Of a DNA stretch of 64,000 nucleotides, positions 46,985-64,000 are shown piece by piece. This DNA comes from the human T2T-CHM13v2.0 reference genome, Homo sapiens. Positions within the stretch are counted from its first letter, which is position 1. Each line of letters begins with the position of its first letter. The stretch lies in assembly GCF_009914755.1 (NCBI RefSeq), contig NC_060926.1; one strand, 5' to 3'. A program made the translations under genes and the position numbers. Below the pieces are notes generated by a model. It searched no databases. It saw only the letters and a list, made by a program, of their open reading frames with translations, and was not told where the DNA came from.

Positions 46985-47435
46985 GATTCTAGTTATATAA
47001 TTCTATGTATAAAATATGCACATTTAAAAAAATATAAGGAAGACATAAAGTTATATTCTTTTGACAAAAAGAATTGTATGTAATACAGAGATTATGTAAA
47101 GCCTATTTATGAAAGAAGGTAAAAAGAAACTAGTAAATAGGTGAAAGAGATGTAAAGAGAGTCACAGATGTAAAGATGTATTTTTGGTAACAAAGATTAA
47201 GAAGAAAAGAGAATAATTTTGTATGAGAAATAATCTTATGTGGTAAATTTTTGTCCTACAGTAAAATGACTGTTTATTTAAGAAAGAGGGAAATTTATGA
47301 CAAAACAAAAAGTTCAAGCATGTTGTAAATTGTCTGTGTAAATCATGATAAGGTTCATAAAAAGAAAAGCTATAAAAAATTTTGTGTATGATTAACTTGG
47401 CTATAATTAAAAGGAAATAATTTATAATAGTCATG
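46985..47435 (+). mobile_element. AT/purine-rich ERV internal fragment (MER4-group-int like)
   Basis: Composition and motifs (GGTAAATTTTTGTCCT, AAAGGAAATAATTTATAATAGTC) typical of non-coding MER4-group internal sequence. From recall. Confidence 0.4.
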
Positions 47436-47512
47436 ATAAATGTGCTTAACTGCACAAGCAGCCAAAGGGCACAGGAACCACTCTGATTATTCTGTATAGA
47501 ATTCATTTCCTA

Positions 47513-47785
<273 letters not shown>

Positions 47786-47848
47786 TCAAAAAAAAAAAAA
47801 AAAAAGCAGCTGGGTGTGGTAACACACACCTGCAATCCCAGCTACTCA

Positions 47849-48004
<156 letters not shown>

Positions 48005-48517
48005 CTATATCTACCACATCAGTGCTCCTACAGGGGAGGCTACTTCCCTGAACACAGAGAGTGGGTGAGAGTCTCAGGTCCTTGAGGAAACTGCAGGCTT
48101 CTGGCTCCTCCCAGTCCTGGGGAGTTTCCCAAACCTCTCTCCCTTTGTCTTGACACTTCCTCTCATTCTCTTCCCCTGGGGTCAACCCACGTAATCCCGG
48201 TGCAGCCCATTCCTTCCTGGATTAGCCCACTAAAATGCTAAAACCCATCAGAGTTTCCTTACCACCAACACTGCTCGTGAACAAACCTGTCACCAGGACC
48301 TGAACTGTACCAAGGGATGCTTTTCCCCACTATAATCTTCATCAACCTCTTAAATAAAATAAGCACTTATAATATCCTCATATAAACATGAATAAAGGCA
48401 TCTCTGGAAATGTTTCTGTTTTAATTAAGCTGCAAACGCTTCATCCTTACAAGGCATATAGAGTTTCAAGGCAAACCCATAGTTGCCCCCCACATCCCCA
48501 GACCACCCCCTCCTGAC

Positions 48518-49110
48518 TGAAGCAGAAAAATAGGGTCTGGAGGCAGGGAACCTAAGGCCGATTCACGCTGACTTTCTAGAACTAAATCAAAAGGAAAACC
48601 CCAACTTTCCACACCTAAGTAACAAAAGGACTGGAGGCTACTCCCTTTGCAAACCCCACCCCCCTTTTCTGTGGGGCCGACGGAAAATTGAAAGTATCTC
48701 TGATTGGTTGATTTCTGCAACCAGATATTTGCATAGGAGTGTAACTTTGTAACTTCACTTCAGCCTCTGATTGGTTGCTTTCCACAACCAATCAGACACT
48801 TACAAAGGTGTAAGTTACTTTGTAACTTCACTTCAGCCTCTGATTGGTTAATTTCTGCAACCAATCAGACTGATAGTGGGCCACTATTTCTTTTACTTAG
48901 AGTGTACACCAAGTCGCCAGTGGGAAACCTCTAGAGGGTATTTAAACCCCAGAAAATCCTATGCTTGGTCTGTTCGCACCCTGTGGAGTGTACTCTCGTT
49001 TTCAATAAATTTTTGCTTTTGTTGCTTCATTCCTTCCTTGCTTTGTTTGTGCATTTTGTCCAATCCTTTGTTCAAACTGCCAAGAACCTGGACACCCTCC
49101 ACCCATAACA
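48518..49110 (+). mobile_element. Solo ERV1 LTR, MER51-like
   Basis: TG...CA termini (TGAAGCAGAAAAATAGGGTCTGGAGGCAGGG ... CCATAACA), near 4-bp TSD TGAC/TAAC, internal CCAAT repeats, TATTTAAA and AATAAA. Family name from recall. Confidence 0.75.
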
Positions 49111-49813
49111 TAACCAGATTGCTGCCTTTGAGCCTCTTCTTTTTTAGAAATTCTAAAGGCGCTACTGAGAATATGATGCATGTCCCTTCAGCCACTAGCT
49201 GTTCCCATCTCTTCTGGGAGATGTTCAGCGCTGGGTCCTCTCCACCTGCCCACAGGTTTAGGGAGCCGAGGGAGCCTTCCAGAGCCTCTAAGTCACCTCT
49301 CTAGGAGGCTGTCTGCCTGGCCCACACACAGGCAGGCCCCATTCTTGGCCTCCCCAAGCCAAGAGGGCACAGACTGATGATCCAGGGCAGGTCTAGGCAA
49401 GTGGGGCATGCAGGGATGTTGTATTAAAGCTTAAGCATCATGAGAGGATCTGATGACTCAGGGAGCAATTTCTTGAGCCCATATTGTCCACCTGGGAAGA
49501 AATTGTGGCTGAGGAGTATTCAGGAGCAGCTATGGGGGAGAGAGGGGCAGAAATACACCTCAAGGTAGGCCTCTACTGGGTTCAGGAGGTCCCGGGGCTA
49601 GGCAGAGAAAGGCAAGCTTGAGACCCAACAGCGCCACCCACCATGCATAAATCGGTTCCCTAGTCATCAATTCGCTTATGAATACGGAGGCCCCGGAAAG
49701 GTGAAGGGTGCCTTCTGGTGGCCAGCTGTGGAGGTGGCCTCGGAGAAGGGTGACCCGAGTGACAAGTTGCAGTGAGCGCTGGCTGCGTGCCCAGCCGCGT
49801 TGCACAACTCCCG

Positions 49814-49831
49814 GGCCACCAGGGGGCGCCA
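49814..49831 (+). promoter_or_regulatory. CTCF motif (forward), near-perfect
   Basis: GGCCACCAGGGGGCGCCA is the textbook core, with TGCAC about 15 nt upstream resembling the ZF9-11 upstream motif. It lies in a CpG-retaining patch. Confidence 0.8.
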
Positions 49832-50184
49832 TTCTCACACATTCCAGAGCAAACGGTGCTCCTTGGAGTTGAGCGGCGCGACGGTCCTGCAGCAGCTAGC
49901 CTGGGATGTACCCACAGCTCACCGGGGAGTCCGGGCCACACGTCAGCTGGATCTTGAATGAGATGAAGACGGGGAGAAAGGGCCTTCCGGACAAAGGGCT
50001 TACGCCCTGGATAAAGGGCGTGGAGGGGCGTGGCACGTTCAGTCTGGACACAGCATAAAGTGCATTGGAGAGAGGCGGGAGACAGGATGGAAAGGAGGGT
50101 GGGAAGAGCTATGAAGGCTCCCCAGGGCCTTGCTAACGCGTTTGGACTTTATCCCGCGCCAGACTTTTTAAAGGTGGTAAGTAG

Positions 50185-50787
<603 letters not shown>

Positions 50788-50841
50788 TGAGGCGTCCAGG
50801 CTCCCGAGGAAAGCCTGCCGCCCTGGTTCCTACAAGGGACG

Positions 50842-50879
50842 CCTAAACACAGAGTCCTAAACACAGAGTCCTAAACACA
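50842..50879 (+). repeat. 14-bp tandem repeat (CCTAAACACAGAGT) x2.7
   Basis: Exact copies at 50842 and 50856, partial copy at 50870. Confidence 0.9.
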
Positions 50880-51009
50880 TGCAGGGTTGGAGGGAGACTG
50901 ACGAACTCAACTACCAGCCTGCAGTCGGCAGCCATCAGCGGATTGCAGGTACCCCGCGTGCGTGTCTCGGCTACAGTGCGGAAGACAAGAGGCCTTAGGA
51001 AGTGGGAAC

Positions 51010-51027
51010 GGGCGCCATCTGGTGGTC
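51010..51027 (-). promoter_or_regulatory. CTCF motif (reverse)
   Basis: Reverse complement GACCACCAGATGGCGCCC matches the CTCF core. Confidence 0.75.
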
Positions 51028-51602
51028 ATCTCTGGAGTGACAGCAGAGAACTGGAACATATTTTATATTTTGTTTCCACTGCTCCATGACTTGACTAAAG
51101 CAGAAACAATTCGGAGAGTACTGTAGTATTAAATACCTAAGGGCCACACCAGGCCAGAAAGCAACAAAAAAGAAATGCTAAAAAGAAGTTCTTCAGAGAG
51201 GGATCCAAGAAGGAATAAGTGAAGGTAAAATGAAATCCTTTTTCTTATATTTAATTAATCTAATAGATAACTGATAAAAGTTCTAATAGCAACAATGTAT
51301 TAGGCAATTGTAGCATATGTATAAGTGAACTGAATAACCGCAATGTTATAAAGGATGGGAAGGAGGAATTGTGAATGCATAAATGGTACCTGCACCACTT
51401 GTAACACTTGTGAAGTGCTGCAGCGTTATTTACAAGTGGAAGTAGCCAGACACAAAAGGGCAAATATTGTATGAGTCCATTTATATCGTTGCCTACAATA
51501 GCCCAAATTAGAGAGAGAGAAAGTAGTACAGAGTTTACAGGGACTAAGTCAAGGGAAAAATGGGGAGTTGTTATTTAATGGGTAGAGTTTCTGGGATGGT
51601 GA

Positions 51603-51914
<312 letters not shown>

Positions 51915-52476
51915 TGAGCCACCGCACCTGGTCCAGCAGTGATGTTTATACAACATTGTGAGTGTACATGATGCCACTGAATTATACACTTAAATATTGT
52001 TAAAATTTGTCAGGCATGGCTGGGTGCAGTGGCTCACACCTGTATTCCCAGCACTTTGGGAGGCCAACGTGGGTGGATCACCTGAGGTCAGGAGTTCAAG
52101 ACCAGCCTGGTCAACATGGTGAAACCCCGTCTCTACTAAATATACAAAAATTAGCTGGGAATGGTGGCACATGCCTGTAATCACAGCTACTCAGGAGGCT
52201 GAGGCAGGGAGAATTTCTTGAACCCAGGAGGCAGAGGTTTCAGTAAGCCGAGATTGCACCACTGCACTCCAGGCATTCCAACCCGGGCTACAGGACAATA
52301 CTCATAAAATAAAATAAAATAAAATAAAATAAAATAAAATAAAATAAAATTTGTCAGGCATCGTGGCTCATACCTATAATCCCAACTCTTTGGGAGACAA
52401 AGGTGGATCACTTGAGCCCAGGAGTTTCAGATAAGCCTGGGCAATATAGTGAGACCTCAGCTTTACAAAAACTTTA

Positions 52477-52650
<174 letters not shown>

Positions 52651-52732
52651 TTAAAATGACAAATTTTGGGGCCGGGCGCGGTAGCTCACACCTGTAATCC
52701 TAGCACTTTGGGAGGCCGAGGTGGGTGAATTA

Positions 52733-52945
<213 letters not shown>

Positions 52946-53084
52946 TTATCTCAAAAATAATAATAATAATAAATGACAAATTTTATGTTATGTATATTTT
53001 ACCACAATAAAAAATGAAATAGGCCAGGAGAGGTGGCTCACACCTGTAATCCCAGCACTTTGGGAGGCCAAGGCAGACGGATCA

Positions 53085-53303
<219 letters not shown>

Positions 53304-53422
53304 TCAAAAAAAAAAAAAAAAAAAAAAAGGAAATAACACGTGGCCAGGCACTGTGGCTCATGCCTGTAATCTCAGCACTTTGGGAGGCTGAGGCAAGCAG
53401 ATTACATAAGGTCAGGAGTTCA

Positions 53423-58380
<4,958 letters not shown>

Positions 58381-58852
58381 CAAGCCAGGTATAGTGGCTC
58401 ACACCTGTAATCCCAGCATTTTGGGAGGCTAATGCAGGCAGATTGCTTGAGCTCAGGAGTTCGAGACCAGCCTAGGCAAAACCCCACCTCTACAAAAAAT
58501 ACAAAACTTAGCCAGGTGTAGTGGCACGTGCCTGTAGTCCCAGCTACTCAAGAGGCTGAGGCAGGAGGATACCGTGACTCTGGGAGGTTGAAGCTGCTGT
58601 GAGCTAAGATCGTCCCACTGCACTCTAGCCTGAGCAACAGAGCACGACCCTGTCACAAAAAAGAAGAAAAAAAGTCAACTTTAATTTAAACTATGGACCT
58701 TAGCTAATAATGTGTTCATATTGGCTTATTAATTGTAATTAATGTACCACACTAATGCAAGATGTTAATAATAGGAGAAACAGTGAGAGGAAAATATATG
58801 GGAACTTCCTTTACTATCTGTTCAATTTTTCTATAAATTTTCTATAAATTCA

Positions 58853-59041
<189 letters not shown>

Positions 59042-59044
59042 TCA

Positions 59045-59158
<114 letters not shown>

Positions 59159-59190
59159 TTAAAATAAAAATAAAGGTGTTCTAAAAGTAG

Positions 59191-59609
<419 letters not shown>

Positions 59610-60104
59610 CTACCCAGGCAGTTATATCAAGAGTCCCCTCTTGACTCATGGATGGGTGATTACAGAGGATCAGAGATCAAAAATGTCTGAGGCTTAACCA
59701 GAATTGGTGGTGCGTGCCTGTAGTCACAGCTACTCTGGAGGCTGAGGCGGGAAGATTGCATGAGCCCAGGAGTTTGAGACCAGTCTCGTCAACACAGTGA
59801 GACCCCCATCTCAAAAAACAAAACAGGCCAGGTGGGGTGGCTCATGCTTGTAATCCCAGCACTCTGGGAGGCTGAGGCGGGTGGATCATTTGAGGCCAAG
59901 AGTTCGATACCAGCTTGGCCAACATGGTGAAACCCCATCTCTACTAAAAATACAAAAATTAGCTGGGTGTGATGGCGCGCTACCTGCAATCCCAGCTACT
60001 CAGGAGACTGAGGCACAAGAATCACTTAAATCCAGGGGGTGGAGGTTGCATTGAACCAAGATGATGCCACTGTGCTCCAGCGTGGGCAACAGAGAAAGAC
60101 TCTA

Positions 60105-60257
<153 letters not shown>

Positions 60258-60532
60258 TCACCGGCTGTGATCGTATGCGCCTGTGGTCCCAGCTACTCAG
60301 GAAACTGAAATGGGAGGATCGCCTGAACTCAGGAGGTAGAAGCTGCAGTGAGCTGTGGTCACACCACTGCACTCTAGCCTGGGTAACAGAGTGAGACCCT
60401 GTCTCAAAAGACAAACAAAATGCCTGAGTCTTGACGTTGAGACTTCCAAAATCTAAAAATGATTTAGAAGATACTCATTCAGACTGGGTAGTTTTCCTTT
60501 TGGGGAGGAAGAAAAAAAGATGTCCTGGGCTA

Positions 60533-60967
<435 letters not shown>

Positions 60968-61130
60968 TTACAAGTTTATAACAAGACAGAAATTAAAACG
61001 GAGGCAAAAGGGCTTGGGCCCAGTGGCTCACACCTATAATCTCGGCACTTTGGGGGTGCTGAGGTGGGTAGATCACCTGAGGTCAGCAGTTCAAGACTAG
61101 CTTGGCCAACATGGTAAAACTCCATCTCTA

Positions 61131-61361
<231 letters not shown>

Positions 61362-61671
61362 TCAGAGCTTAGGCTGGGTGCAGTGGCTCACGCCTGTAAT
61401 CTCAGCACTTTGGGAGGTCCAGGCGGGCAGATCACGAGGTCAGGAGTTCGAGACCAGCCTGGCCAACATGGTGAAACCCCGTCTCTACTAAAAATACAAA
61501 AATTAGCTGGGCGCAGTGGCCTGTGCTTGTAGTCCCAGCCACTCGGGAGGCTGAGGTAGGAGAATCGCTTGAACCCAGGAGGAGGAGGCTGTGCAGTGAG
61601 CCAAGATCACACCACTGCACTCCAGCCTGAGTGACAGACTCCGTCTCAAAAAAAAAAAAAAAAAAAATTTA

Positions 61672-62000
<329 letters not shown>

Positions 62001-62713
62001 TTAAAGAATTCAATGCTTGCCAGAGCTGGGCCGTATATTTGACTCAAAGTTTCCTAGCAGCCTGTGTGAAAAGGGAAATCTGATTAGTTATGCAGTTTAC
62101 AATAACTATGTGATAAAGGCAAACTCTTGGCCGGGCATGGTGACTCACACCTGTAATCCCAGCACTTTGGGAGGTCCATGTGAGAGTCCAAGAGTTCAAG
62201 ACCAGCTTGGGCAACATAGTAAGACCCCACCTCTACAAAAAATTTTAAAAATTAGCAGGGTGTGGTGGCACACGCCTGTGGTCAGCTACTCAGGAGGCTG
62301 AAGTGGGAGGATGCCTCATGAGCTGTGGTCACACCACTGCACTCCAGCCTGGGAGACAGAATGAGACCCTGTCTCAAAGAAAAAAAAAAAAAGGCACACT
62401 CCTGAATCTAAAGAAGTACAACTCTTTTTTATATAAGACCAGAAAAAAAATAATAAAACTCTATCCTGGAGTTTCTTATAAAGATGACACGTGTGATTTA
62501 TTACTCATTTAAAAAGTGAAACCAGAGGAGAAACATCCTGAGGTAAGACTTTAACTGAACCCTTATGTGGTATAACAGACCTTATTTTTCATTTCATCAC
62601 GCTACATGCTAAGTTAGAAACAAGTTCCCATGCATGTTAGGGTACATTTATATTTATGCCACAGTGTCAGAGTCTACACAGTTATTTTTTTCTTTTTTTT
62701 TTTTTTTTTTTGA

Positions 62714-62818
<105 letters not shown>

Positions 62819-62869
62819 TGAGTAGGGATGCCCGCCACCATGCCCAGCTAATTTTTGCATTTTTAGTAG

Positions 62870-63055
<186 letters not shown>

Positions 63056-64000
63056 TAGAGCTCCTTAGGCCTCCCTCAGATCCATGGGATGCACTGGGAC
63101 TGTTCCTTTAGCTACACAGATACATGACCATGTTCATCCTCTGCAGTTATTTAGTTATTACCCCAATCTTTCAGTGAAGTCTCTGCTAGACAAATGGAGT
63201 TGTAAGGTGACCTTGGTGTGACGGCAGGGGTAGTGATTATGATGGTGGTGATGTGAAAGGGTAGTGGTGAAAGTGAAGGGGATGAGGGTAGGGGTGGGGG
63301 GTGGTTACTTAAGGCTGCAGTCTGCAGTCTACTGCCGTGGCTGCTGAGAACAGTCTCTATTTGTCTGCCGTCAGTCTATCCAGATCCTTCTACCTGGGGG
63401 AAGATCTGGACTGGCCAAGCCTGGTCACATGGCAGCAACCAGGTTGCAACCAACAAAATTTCCTCTCTGGAGGGAAAATTAATCTAGATTTAGAAACTGC
63501 CAAGAGCTGGGTTTCTCAAGCCACCTTGGCCTTGAACTTCCTCCAAGGGCGGTCATCAGCAAGGGTGTAAGAGGTACTTGGGAGCCTGCAGTTGGTGGAG
63601 CTGAGATGGGTGTGGAGACCCCGCCTTTGTGATGGCCTGCAGGTTTCAGTTTTAAGCACGTGGCTTTAAAGGGGACTTTCCCCACCAGAGGAGGAAGAAC
63701 TGACAATTGGAACAGCCCCTGAGCTTAACAAACTTTGCTGAAAGCAGCTACAATTGTCAAGCAATAAAGACTGAGATGGTAGAGTGTCCACACAGCTGCC
63801 GGCCGCTAGAGCCAAGACTGAAATCCAGAACCTTAGCCTGACCAAACCGGGAGTTCGTGAAAGCACAAAGCCTTCTGTGGGAAGGAGAAGGGAAATGAAA
63901 GCTAATATTAGGCTAAGCAGTTGTTGATAACGTTAAAAGTTTATGCCAAGTCAATGTGAAGAAAGAAATGACCAAAGATGGGCTTTCTGGTGGAGGAGAT

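Noticed and set aside
59698-59820. Possible 7SL RNA copy
   Set aside because: Lacks the S domain. It is a free Alu monomer (FLAM-like).

Overview
Human genomic DNA, recognisable as the 2p11.2 TRABD2A-TMSB10 interval. It contains the CpG-island promoter and first coding exon of TRABD2A/TIKI1 (minus strand, 4689-4796, intron 1 running off the left edge) and the complete three-exon TMSB10 gene (plus strand, about 29480-30500). It also has a full-length processed RPS2 pseudogene disabled by one in-frame stop (39588-40538), a 1.6 kb interrupted (TA)n array, a 1 kb higher-order CAC/CAT array and several near-consensus CTCF motifs. The rest is a dense mosaic of Alu, L1, L2/MIR, LTR and DNA-transposon remnants. 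Most ORFs in the supplied track are Alu-derived, GC-island or low-complexity artefacts. I see no convincing new multi-gene system. The most unusual sequence-level observations are: (1) a perfect 149-bp inverted identity between two otherwise divergent Alus about 2.6 kb apart, pointing to gene conversion or an inversion substrate; (2) a stop-free TMSB10 intron 2 that would give an NMD-insensitive 125-aa WH2 plus proline-rich isoform if retained; (3) the one-stop-from-intact RPS2 retrocopy downstream of TMSB10; (4) a mixed-orientation CTCF cluster at 49.7-51.0 kb. Repeat family names are from recall, not a RepeatMasker run, and repeat boundaries are approximate.
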